Origin: Nitrospirota bacterium
GTDB lineage: Bacteria; Nitrospirota; Nitrospiria; 2-01-FULL-66-17
Reading direction: 5' to 3'
NCBI GenBank assembly: GCA_049325335.1
Contig: JBMOMC010000043.1
Location: forward strand, 1-34,191
Length of the DNA stretch: 34,191 bases
Shown: positions 26,463 to 34,191 of the stretch, piece after piece
Layout: every line of letters begins with the position of its first letter
Numbering within the stretch: the first letter of the stretch is position 1
The notes under the pieces: generated by a model
What the model was told of the DNA's origin: nothing
Seen by the model: only the letters and a program-made list of their open reading frames with translations
The model's database searches: none
Made by a program: the position numbers and the translations under genes

Positions 26463-27188
26463 ATGGAAAATCCGCTTCACCACTTTGAGTTGCATCCGTG
26501 GCTCCCGCTTTCATTGTTCGGGATCGACATCTCGATCAACAAAGCGATCGTGATGATGTGGCTCGCGTGCGGCCTTGTGTTCCTCTTCTTTTACGTAGCC
26601 ACGCGGGGCGCGAGCCTGGTGCCTCGCCGCATTCAAAGCCTCGCGGAAATGGCCGTGGAGTTCATCCGGGGCATGGTGGTGGAGAACATGGGAGAGCTCG
26701 GCCATAAGTTCTTCCCGTTCATCGCCACGTTGTTCTTCTTCGTGTTGTTCGCCAATCTGCTGGGCCTGATCCCCGGCTCGTATACCGTGACCAGCCAGTT
26801 GATGGTCACCGGGTTCTTCGCTCTGTTGGTCTACGGGATCAGCCTGATTGTCGGCTTTGCGTTGCACGGGACGCACTTTCTGTCGATCCTCGCGCCGGCG
26901 GGTACCCCCGGGTGGTTGCTGCCCTTGATGGTACCGATCGAAGTCATCAGTCAGCTCGCGCGGCCCGTCACGCTGGCAGTTCGGCTCTTCGCGAACATGA
27001 CCGCGGGACACATTATCTTAATCGTGCTGTTCTCGTTGATGATGACCGCGCCGATCTATCTTGGTTGGTTGCCGTTCGGATTTACCGTGGCCATCTACGG
27101 CCTTGAGGTGTTCGTGGCCTTTATCCAGGCGTACATTTTTACGATCTTGGCGTGCGTGTATTTGGGTGACGCCGTCAAATTGCATTAA
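26463..27188 (+). CDS. atpB: F0F1 ATP synthase subunit a
   Basis: RPVTLAVRLFANMTAGH and FIQAYIF motifs. Confidence 0.97.
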   Translation: MENPLHHFELHPWLPLSLFGIDISINKAIVMMWLACGLVFLFFYVATRGASLVPRRIQSLAEMAVEFIRGMVVENMGELGHKFFPFIATLFFFVLFANLLGLIPGSYTVTSQLMVTGFFALLVYGISLIVGFALHGTHFLSILAPAGTPGWLLPLMVPIEVISQLARPVTLAVRLFANMTAGHIILIVLFSLMMTAPIYLGWLPFGFTVAIYGLEVFVAFIQAYIFTILACVYLGDAVKLH

Positions 27189-27220
27189 CCGCATTTCTAG
27201 AGCAGAGAAGGAGAAGACGA

Positions 27221-27451
27221 ATGGATGCATCGGCAGCAGCGTTGTTGGGCATGGGGATCGCGGCGGCGGGTTTCGGCGGCGCGGGGATCGGCATCGGCTA
27301 CATCTTCGGTAAAATGATCGAATCCACGGCGCGCCAGCCCGCGGCCGAGGCCAAGGTCGGCAAGTACATGTGGATCGGCTTCGCGTTGGTGGAAGCCATC
27401 GCCCTCTACGGCTTGGTCATCGCCTTTATCATCATGGGTCTGCGCGGGTAA
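27221..27451 (+). CDS. atpE: F0F1 ATP synthase subunit c
   Basis: GxGxG helix, RQP loop and ALVEAIALY carboxylate. Confidence 0.97.
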   Translation: MDASAAALLGMGIAAAGFGGAGIGIGYIFGKMIESTARQPAAEAKVGKYMWIGFALVEAIALYGLVIAFIIMGLRG

Positions 27452-27454
27452 TCC

Positions 27455-27946
27455 ATGCCCCAGTTTGATACCCACTTTTTGACCCCGTTGCTATTCTGGT
27501 CCGCGGTCTCGTTCGCGATCCTGCTGTTCTTGCTCAAGCGCTACGCGTTTCCCGCGATTACGGAGATGCTCGATGCGCGCGAGCGCACCATTGCCCAAAA
27601 CCTGGCCAAGGCCGAGCAGGCTCGGAAAGACGCCGAGAAGTTATTGGCGGAATACCAAACCAAACTCAAAGCCGCGCAGCAGGAAGCCACCGCGATGTTG
27701 GATCAGGCGCGCAAGCAAGGCCAGCAGCTCGCCGAGGAGACGCAGCGTCGGGTGAAGGAAGAAACCGACCGCACGCTCGCGGCCTCGCGCGACGAACTCG
27801 CGCGTGAGCGCTTGCGCCTGAGCAAGGAGCTGCGCGAGCAGGCAGTGGATCTGGTGCTGGCCGCGACCGAGCGCGTGATCCGCCGGAACCTGACCGACGC
27901 CGACTCCAAGCGGTTGGTCAAAGAGGCGGTCGAGCAACTCAATTAA
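27455..27946 (+). CDS. atpF: F0F1 ATP synthase subunit b
   Basis: N-terminal TM, P.I..ML..RE..I motif and long coiled coil. Confidence 0.93.
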   Translation: MPQFDTHFLTPLLFWSAVSFAILLFLLKRYAFPAITEMLDARERTIAQNLAKAEQARKDAEKLLAEYQTKLKAAQQEATAMLDQARKQGQQLAEETQRRVKEETDRTLAASRDELARERLRLSKELREQAVDLVLAATERVIRRNLTDADSKRLVKEAVEQLN

Positions 27947-27966
27947 CGTCCGGGGCGGGCCCTGGC

Positions 27967-28689
27967 ATGCCCTGCGTCCGCGCCGTCCTCTTTGACCTCT
28001 GTGACACGCTCGTGCATTTTGACGCCGAGCGGCTACCGCTTGTCGAGGTCGACCAGCAGCCCACCCGATCAACCGCGCGTGTGATTTATGACGCGATGGC
28101 CCCATCTCCGAGCATCGCGTTCGCTCCCTTTTTCACCTGCCTGAAGACCGTGACAGCCGAAATCGCGTCCCAACGAGACGTCGATCATCGCGAAATCACG
28201 TCTCGGGAGCGGTTCCGCCGCGTGCTGGAGCGCCTGGGTTTACCGGCCGAGTCCGACCACGCACAACGTCTGGTCGACGCCCATATGACGCGGTTGGCGC
28301 ACGCGTTAGTCACGCCCCCGCATCATCGCGCGGTGGTGGCCGATCTGGCCCGGCGGGTTCGCCTGGGCATCGTGTCCAACTTCGACCACGCGCCCACCGT
28401 GCGTGCGGTGCTCAAACGGGATCGGTTGGAGGAGTTTTTCGACGTGGTGATCGTCTCGGACGAGATCGGCTGGCGAAAACCCCACCAGGTTATGTTCGAA
28501 ACGGCCTTGCAACAACTGGGAGTCCCCTCAGGAGAGGCGCTCTTCGTGGGCGATAACTACGAGTTGGACGTACAGGGCGCGACCAAGGCGGGTCTTGCCG
28601 CGGCGTGGTATACCGGCGGGCGAACAGTTACTCGCGAGACCAGGCATCCAATTCTCGTCGATCTTGCGGAGATCGACCGCCTGCTCTGA
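27967..28689 (+). CDS. HAD-superfamily hydrolase
   Basis: FDLCDTL, VSN, RKP and FVGDN..DV.GA motifs. Confidence 0.9.
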   Translation: MPCVRAVLFDLCDTLVHFDAERLPLVEVDQQPTRSTARVIYDAMAPSPSIAFAPFFTCLKTVTAEIASQRDVDHREITSRERFRRVLERLGLPAESDHAQRLVDAHMTRLAHALVTPPHHRAVVADLARRVRLGIVSNFDHAPTVRAVLKRDRLEEFFDVVIVSDEIGWRKPHQVMFETALQQLGVPSGEALFVGDNYELDVQGATKAGLAAAWYTGGRTVTRETRHPILVDLAEIDRLL

Positions 28690-28724
28690 TCCGTGCGGGC
28701 GCACGGCCGTGCGCCCCTACAAAC

Positions 28725-29888
28725 CTACATGGGAAACCCGAACCGCGTTTCCTCGACCTTGTCCATCGCCATCTGGATCAACGCCGCGACGTTCAGGTCG
28801 GCCTCGGCCGCTTCGATCTCTTCGGTGGTGGACGCGGTAGCCGGGTGTTTGGGCGTAAACAGTGTGCAGCAGTCTTCATCGGGCTGGATGGAAATTTCGT
28901 AGGAGCCGATGGCCTGCGCTTGGTGGACGATCTCCTCCTTGTCCATGCCCACCAGCGGGCGCAGAATCGGCATGGTGGCTACGGCGTCCACGGTCGTCAT
29001 GTTCGACAGCGTCTGCGACGCCACCTGCCCCAAGGCTTCGCCCGTGACCAATGCGTGCGCGCGAACCGTGCGGGCGAGGGCCTCTGCGATCCGGACCATC
29101 AACCGCCGATACACGATCACGCGCAACGGCGCGGGCACCGTGAGCACCACCTCGCGTTGCACCTCGCCAAACGGGACGAGGAAGAGGCGCGACGCGTACT
29201 GATAGCGCGTGAGCAGCTCGGCCAACTCCTTGGCCTTGTCCTGCGACGCGCGCGACACGAACGGGTGGCTGTGAAAGTGCACGAACACCACGTACGCCCC
29301 GCGCTTCATCATGCGATACGCGGCCACCGGGGAGTCGAGCCCGCCGGACATCAGGCACGCGACGCGTCCGGACACTCCGGCCGGCAATCCGCCGGGTCCG
29401 GAGGGACGATCGAACGAGAGCAGGATTCCGCGATCAATGATTTCCGCGTGAATGGTCAGCTCGGGATGTTCCAGATCCACGCGCGCGCCGGTGATGCGTT
29501 GCACGAGAGCGCCCAGCTCCACGTTGACCTGATTGGACGTACGCGGAAACGCCTTGTTGCTGCGTTTGGCCGCAATCCGAAACGACGCGAACGCGCGCGA
29601 CTTGACCGCCTCGGACACTGTTTGGCAGAGGACGGCCATGTCGAGCGGAAGCCATTGAGCGATCGCGAAGTTGGCGACCCCGAACGTGCGGGCCAGCCGC
29701 GTCCGGATTTCGGCTTCGTCCGCGCGATCGTGCAGGCCGATCAGCAATCGCGCACCTTCCTGGGTGATTTCGCTGATCCCGGTGCCCTTGAGCCCCGTCT
29801 GGAGATTCCTGATCAGCCGGCGGACAAAATAGGCGCGGTTGCCCTTCTTGAGGATTAGTTCATGGTAATGGATGAGGGCGTAACGCAC
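28725..29888 (-). CDS. thiI: tRNA 4-thiouridine synthase (no rhodanese domain)
   Basis: E..LK.GNR, THUMP domain, SGGLDS PP-loop, TGEALGQVASQT and EDCC motifs. Confidence 0.95.
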   Translation of the reverse strand: MRYALIHYHELILKKGNRAYFVRRLIRNLQTGLKGTGISEITQEGARLLIGLHDRADEAEIRTRLARTFGVANFAIAQWLPLDMAVLCQTVSEAVKSRAFASFRIAAKRSNKAFPRTSNQVNVELGALVQRITGARVDLEHPELTIHAEIIDRGILLSFDRPSGPGGLPAGVSGRVACLMSGGLDSPVAAYRMMKRGAYVVFVHFHSHPFVSRASQDKAKELAELLTRYQYASRLFLVPFGEVQREVVLTVPAPLRVIVYRRLMVRIAEALARTVRAHALVTGEALGQVASQTLSNMTTVDAVATMPILRPLVGMDKEEIVHQAQAIGSYEISIQPDEDCCTLFTPKHPATASTTEEIEAAEADLNVAALIQMAMDKVEETRFGFPM

Positions 29889-29894
29889 GGGCCG

Positions 29895-29923
29895 AGAATA
29901 CCGAAGCGGATGGCGGGTTGCAA
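29895..29923 (-). promoter_or_regulatory. Putative promoter of thiI (leaderless geometry)
   Basis: TTGCAA-17 bp-TATTCT, 6 nt before the GTG, with no SD. Confidence 0.5.
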
Positions 29924-29936
29924 GCGAAACACCCGG

Positions 29937-30347
29937 TCAGATCCCGGCCAATCGTCGAATCAGCGCGTTGTTGGCCGGGGGAAATCGGTATGCCGGAAGC
30001 TCGGACGGCGTGACCCAACGGAGCTCGGCGCAGCCGCGCGCAACGGGCTCGCCGCGCAGCAGGGTGCCGCTCAAAAAGGTGATGTCCATCACACCGTGCG
30101 GATAGTGATGCACAACGTGCTCGATCACCTCGCCGACCGCGATGTCAACGCCCATTTCCTCGCGCACCTCGCGACGCACGCAGTCCTCGATCGATTCATC
30201 GCGACGACGTTTGCCACCGGGAAACTCCCAGTAGCCGCCCAGCACGGCGTCGTCGCGCCGGCGGGCGATCAAGTAGCGGCCGCGGTTTTCGATGACGGCC
30301 GCGGCGATGTTAACCGCGGGAGGGGGTCCGGGGCTTTCGGGAGGCAC
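29937..30347 (-). CDS. mutT: MutT/NUDIX pyrophosphohydrolase
   Basis: WEFPGGK...ES...CVRREVREEMG Nudix box; FPPAN motif. Confidence 0.88.
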   Translation of the reverse strand: MPPESPGPPPAVNIAAAVIENRGRYLIARRRDDAVLGGYWEFPGGKRRRDESIEDCVRREVREEMGVDIAVGEVIEHVVHHYPHGVMDITFLSGTLLRGEPVARGCAELRWVTPSELPAYRFPPANNALIRRLAGI

Positions 30348-31029
30348 GGGGGCGCGTCGGGCGTTGATAGCTCTTGCAAATCGGCCGCATGGTGCAGGTC
30401 GGGCACAGGGGTTTGCGCGCCGTGCAGACCGTGGCGCCGAAGTCCATCAACGCTTGATTGAAGTCGTATCCTTTGCCGGCGGGAATCAACGCTTCGGAGA
30501 GGTGCCACAGTTTGGTTTTGTCCGCCCCGCGTTTTGGATCGGCCTTGGGAAGGAATACGCGCGAGAGTACCCGCGCCACGTTGGTGTCCAGAATCGGCGC
30601 GTCCTGTCCGAACGCGAAACTTCGTACCGCGCCCGCCGTGTAGCGGCCGATGCCCTTCATCGACAACAACTCGTCCTCGGACGACGGGATCGCGCCGCCA
30701 TATCGCGCCACGGCCTCGCGCGCGATTCCGTGCAGGCGGACGGGGCGGATGTTGTAGCCGAGCGGATACCAAGTTTCCGTGACGTCATCGACCGGCGCGG
30801 CCGCCAACTCTTCGAGCGTGGGGTATTTGCCGAGGAATTCGTGATATTTCGGGATGACGCGCTCGACCTGGGTCTGTTGCAGCATAATCTCCGAGACCAA
30901 GATTTCATAGGGATCGGAGGTGTTGCGCCACGGCAGGTCCCGTCCGTGGCGGCGATACCAGGCGAGCAGTCGCCGTTGAAACGCGCGCGCGGCGACGGGG
31001 TTCAGGCGCGGAGTGTTCGGGCGCGCCAT
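30310..31029 (-). CDS. mutY: A/G-specific adenine glycosylase, short form (catalytic domain only)
   Basis: RDLPWR, VSEIMLQQTQV, HhH GIGRYTA, DTNVARV, MDFGATVC and Fe-S C-x6-C-x2-C-x5-C motifs. Confidence 0.9.
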   Translation of the reverse strand: MARPNTPRLNPVAARAFQRRLLAWYRRHGRDLPWRNTSDPYEILVSEIMLQQTQVERVIPKYHEFLGKYPTLEELAAAPVDDVTETWYPLGYNIRPVRLHGIAREAVARYGGAIPSSEDELLSMKGIGRYTAGAVRSFAFGQDAPILDTNVARVLSRVFLPKADPKRGADKTKLWHLSEALIPAGKGYDFNQALMDFGATVCTARKPLCPTCTMRPICKSYQRPTRPRASRKPRTPSRG

Positions 31030-31032
31030 CCG

Positions 31033-32304
31033 TTACAGCGAGGCCAAGAGCTTTTTGGCTTCGGCGACATATTCTCCGTCCGGCGCGTTTTTGAGGTACA
31101 TCTCGAGATGCTGCTTGGCGTCCTCGCGTTTCCCGAGCTTGGCCTGCGCCATGGCCAACTGATAGTGGGCCGGACTGAACCGCGCGTTGAGCTTCAACGT
31201 TTCTTCGAACTCGCTGGCGGCATCCGCCCACCGGTTCTGCTGGCCGTACACCACCCCGAGGTTGTAGCGGGCGTCAAACAACACGGGGAACAGCTTGATG
31301 ACTTGTTGATACGCGTCGGACGCCTCACGGAGATTGCCGCGCTTCTTATACGCGTTGGCGAGTTGGAAGTAGATCATGAACGGCTCGGTGTCCCGTTCGA
31401 GCGCTCTCTTAAAGTACGCGATCGCGGAGTCGAGCTTGTTGTCGGCCAAGGCCAGCTCTCCGAGGCGCGTGTTGACGTTGCCCACGTATGGGTTGATCGC
31501 CGCCACCTCGCGATACGCGGCGGCGGCCGCGCCGGTCTTCCCCATTCGCGCGTACACCTGGCCTAATTCAAAAAACGCGGTGGCCATCTCGGGGTTGGCG
31601 GTCAACACGGCCGTAAATTCCAGTTCCGCGGGATCGAGCTTGTCTTGTCGCTTGTAGACGAGGCCTTTTTGGAAATGGACCATGTAAAAACTCGGGACCT
31701 GTTTCAAGGTTTTGTCGTACTCGGCCAACGCCTCGTCGCTGCGCTCCATTTCAGCGAGGGTGTTGCCCAGTTGGTACCGCAAGGCCGCGTTCGCGGGCTC
31801 TTGCGCGAGCGCTTTCCGGTAGATCTCCAAGGCCTTCTCGTAGTCGCGAATGTGGCGGTAGGCGTTGGCAAGGCGACCGTAGAGGTCGGTCGTGTTGACA
31901 CCGGAATCCACGGCCTTTCGATAGGCCTCAATCGCGTCGGTCCACAGTTCGCGCTCCTCTTGGACCTGGGCCAACAACAGCAGGGCCTCGCTATAACCGG
32001 GCTTGATCTCAAGGGCCTTGGTCAGTGATTCCGCCGCCTCGTCACGCCGGTCCAACTCTCGAAGCGCGACGGCCAATCGGTAGCGAAGCTCCGGCGACTT
32101 GGGGTCCTCGGCAATCGCCCGTTGGTAGGCATCGGCAGCACCGGCATAGTCCTTGTCCATCTCAGCCGCCTTCCCGTCTCTGACGGCGGCTGACGCGGCG
32201 TGAGCAACCGACCAGGCGCTCGATCCCAGCGCGATGGCGAACGCACCGATCAAGAAGACCATAACCGGCGCTGGGCGATGGGTGTGTGTGGTGTGGTCGT
32301 TCAT
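31033..32304 (-). CDS. Exported multi-TPR protein
   Basis: AGGAGG RBS, signal peptide (AHA) and about 10 TPR repeats. Confidence 0.88.
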   Translation of the reverse strand: MNDHTTHTHRPAPVMVFLIGAFAIALGSSAWSVAHAASAAVRDGKAAEMDKDYAGAADAYQRAIAEDPKSPELRYRLAVALRELDRRDEAAESLTKALEIKPGYSEALLLLAQVQEERELWTDAIEAYRKAVDSGVNTTDLYGRLANAYRHIRDYEKALEIYRKALAQEPANAALRYQLGNTLAEMERSDEALAEYDKTLKQVPSFYMVHFQKGLVYKRQDKLDPAELEFTAVLTANPEMATAFFELGQVYARMGKTGAAAAAYREVAAINPYVGNVNTRLGELALADNKLDSAIAYFKRALERDTEPFMIYFQLANAYKKRGNLREASDAYQQVIKLFPVLFDARYNLGVVYGQQNRWADAASEFEETLKLNARFSPAHYQLAMAQAKLGKREDAKQHLEMYLKNAPDGEYVAEAKKLLASL

Positions 32305-32368
32305 AAAGCCCTCCTGGCTGATCAAGCTGCGTCGGCCGACGCGTCGTGCGTCGATCCGGTCAATCGTC

Positions 32369-32752
32369 CTAGTGTTTGTGGCCGTGTTTGTGCTCATGAC
32401 CGTGGTCGTGGCCATGCGATGCACCGCTTCCGTCCTGACTCTGCGCCACGAACACGTACAATATCAATCGGCTCGGACCCGGATTACTCACCCCGTGGTC
32501 CGCGCCCGCCGGCGCAATCACCGCCTCTTGCGGTCCGAGGTCAAAGCGCTCCGCGCCGACCTGGACCTGGGCGCGGCCTTCGAGGACCAGGTACACCTTG
32601 TCCGCGTCGCCGTGACTGTGCGTTTTCTGGGACTGCCCGGGTTCGAGACAATACAGGTCGCAAAACAACCGCGCGGTCTCGAACAAACCGACCTTCTGCA
32701 TTTTCTCCGGCGAAAACCGCTGGAGCGCCGACAGTTTTTTGATCTCTCCCAT
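32369..32752 (-). CDS. Cupin domain protein with His-rich tail
   Basis: EPGQ...HSH...K.Y.VLEG and PAG..HGV.N motifs; C-terminus SHGHDHGHEHKHGHKH. Confidence 0.88.
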   Translation of the reverse strand: MGEIKKLSALQRFSPEKMQKVGLFETARLFCDLYCLEPGQSQKTHSHGDADKVYLVLEGRAQVQVGAERFDLGPQEAVIAPAGADHGVSNPGPSRLILYVFVAQSQDGSGASHGHDHGHEHKHGHKH

Positions 32753-32768
32753 AGCCTCCTCTGTCGTC

Positions 32769-33689
32769 TTAGCCGTGACGCGCCTCTAAGTATCGTTCCG
32801 CGTCGATCGCGGCCATACATCCCGACCCCGCTGCGGTCACGGCCTGGCGGTACACCGGGTCTTGCACGTCGCCGGCCGCGAACACCCCGGGCACGCTGGT
32901 CTTGGTGCCGTTCGACGTCAGGATATACCCCACGTCGTTCGTGGCCAATTGTCCGGCGAACAACGCGGTGTTGGGTTGGTGCCCGATCGCGACGAACACG
33001 CCGTCCGCGGGGCGCTCCGTCACGGCTTGGGTGGTCACGTCGCGCAGACGCACGCGTTCGACGTGTTCGGCGCCGAGGATGTCCGTAATCGCGCTGTTCC
33101 ACACAAAGTCGATCTTGGGATTTTTGCGCGCGCGATCCTGCATGACCTTTGAGGCGCGGAGCCGATCGCGGCGATGCACGACCGTCACCTGCGACGCGAA
33201 TTTGGTCAAAAACGTGGCCTCTTCGATCGCGGTGTCGCCCCCGCCGACCACCATCACGCGCCGATCGCGGAAGAAAAATCCATCGCAAGTCGCGCAGGCT
33301 GACACGCCGCGGCCCATCAAACGCATTTCAGACTCCAAGCCCAGCAACTTGGCCGATGCGCCGGTGGCGATGATCAGGGCCTCGCACTGCTGCTCGGCTT
33401 CCCCTTCCACCCACAGCCGAAACGGTGGCTTGGACACGTCGACCTTGGTCACGTCGCCGCGCAGAAACTCCGCGCCGAATCGCGCGGCCTGGTCGCGCAT
33501 GTCTTGAACCAGTTGCGGACCGAGAATTCCTTTGGGGAATCCCGGATAATTTTCCACCTCGGTCGTGATGGTGAGCTGGCCGCCGGCCTGCACGCCTTCC
33601 ACCACCAAGGGTTTGAGATTGGCGCGGGCGGCATACAATGCCGCGGTTAACCCGGCGGGCCCCGAGCCCAGGATGATCACGGAACGCAT
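32769..33689 (-). CDS. trxB: Thioredoxin-disulfide reductase
   Basis: GSGPAG, CATC, GGGDTA, HRR and AAGDV..RQA motifs. Confidence 0.97.
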   Translation of the reverse strand: MRSVIILGSGPAGLTAALYAARANLKPLVVEGVQAGGQLTITTEVENYPGFPKGILGPQLVQDMRDQAARFGAEFLRGDVTKVDVSKPPFRLWVEGEAEQQCEALIIATGASAKLLGLESEMRLMGRGVSACATCDGFFFRDRRVMVVGGGDTAIEEATFLTKFASQVTVVHRRDRLRASKVMQDRARKNPKIDFVWNSAITDILGAEHVERVRLRDVTTQAVTERPADGVFVAIGHQPNTALFAGQLATNDVGYILTSNGTKTSVPGVFAAGDVQDPVYRQAVTAAGSGCMAAIDAERYLEARHG

Positions 33690-33754
33690 TGCCCAACTCC
33701 TTTACGAGGACAAAGCCACATCGTAGCACTCCGCTTTGCGGCAAATCAACGTAC

Positions 33755-33793
33755 GCGGTTATCTTGACAACGGCGCCGTAACCGCTTTACTGT
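33755..33793 (+). promoter_or_regulatory. Putative promoter of the DUF4321 gene, with an inverted repeat around -35
   Basis: TTGACA (33764-33769), 18 bp, TACTGT. Flanked by GCGGTTA-N17-TAACCGC. Confidence 0.45.
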
Positions 33794-33830
33794 CGTCCGG
33801 GAAATTTACGCTCGGGGAAGGATATCCGGA

Positions 33831-34100
33831 ATGGCAGTGCTCCGCAAGACACCGTGGTTGCTGATTTTTTTCGTGATCGTGGGCGGGTTATTCGGCGGCG
33901 TGGTTGCGGAGATTTTGCGCGCCGTGGCCCCCAGCGGTCCCATCAGCGGCGTGTTCCTGAAAAACCTCAACATCGGCATCACCGATCCGATCACCCTCGA
34001 TCTGTTCCTCATCACGCTCACGTTTGGCGCCGCGGTCAAAATTAATCTACTGAGCATCATCGGCGTGTTGATGGGCATCTACATCTACCGGCAGGCGTAA
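33831..34100 (+). CDS. Small membrane protein, DUF4321-like
   Basis: Two hydrophobic segments; P.TLDL..ITLTFG..VKINLLSIIG motif. Confidence 0.8.
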   Translation: MAVLRKTPWLLIFFVIVGGLFGGVVAEILRAVAPSGPISGVFLKNLNIGITDPITLDLFLITLTFGAAVKINLLSIIGVLMGIYIYRQA

Positions 34101-34156
34101 GTCGAGCCCGGTCCACACGTCGTTGTTTCGGGCGACGATCATCACAAACAAACCGG

Positions 34157-34189
34157 CGGGGGGGGGGAGAGCCACCCCCCCCCCCCCCG
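34157..34189. repeat. Poly-G/poly-C hairpin at the window end (possible terminator or repeat)
   Basis: G10 run (34158-34167), 7-nt loop, C14 run (34175-34188). Confidence 0.35.
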
Positions 34190-34191
34190 AC

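Noticed and set aside
28605..31566. Plus-strand ORFs 28605..29858, 29862..30461 and 30292..31566
   Set aside because: Antisense shadows of thiI, mutT, mutY and the TPR gene, typical of high-GC DNA.
34153..34191. G/C homopolymer hairpin as a functional element
   Set aside because: It is at the very end of the sequence, run lengths may be sequencing artefacts, and the downstream context is missing. Kept only as a low-confidence feature.

Overview
GC-rich bacterial chromosomal window. Nitrospirota-like affinity is a tentative guess from the intergenic repeat family and gene content. The first ~1.95 kb is accessory DNA: an integron-type cassette array with three full attC sites, one collapsed inverted attC and no integrase in the window. 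It carries two apparently non-coding cassettes, a winged-helix+HNH nuclease cassette and a truncated UDG-like cassette fused to it across a 98-bp inverted-repeat element, and it ends inside a frameshifted membrane-protein pseudogene. The rest is mostly core genome: pdxJ, a class II aldolase/SDR fusion, NlpC/P60, a beta-propeller protein, rimO, bioB, patatin, comM/yifB, PBP1A, an F0-only atp operon, HAD, thiI, mutT, a short mutY, a TPR protein, a cupin, trxB and DUF4321. Two loci stand out: an 8-gene TPR/ExbB/ExbD/ExbD/TonB-like operon resembling the Agl-Glt core machinery, and an orphan ParA ATPase fused to a glycogen-binding (CBM48/AMPK-beta-like) domain. No rRNA, tRNA or CRISPR array was seen. 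All family assignments come from motif recognition by eye, not database searches.
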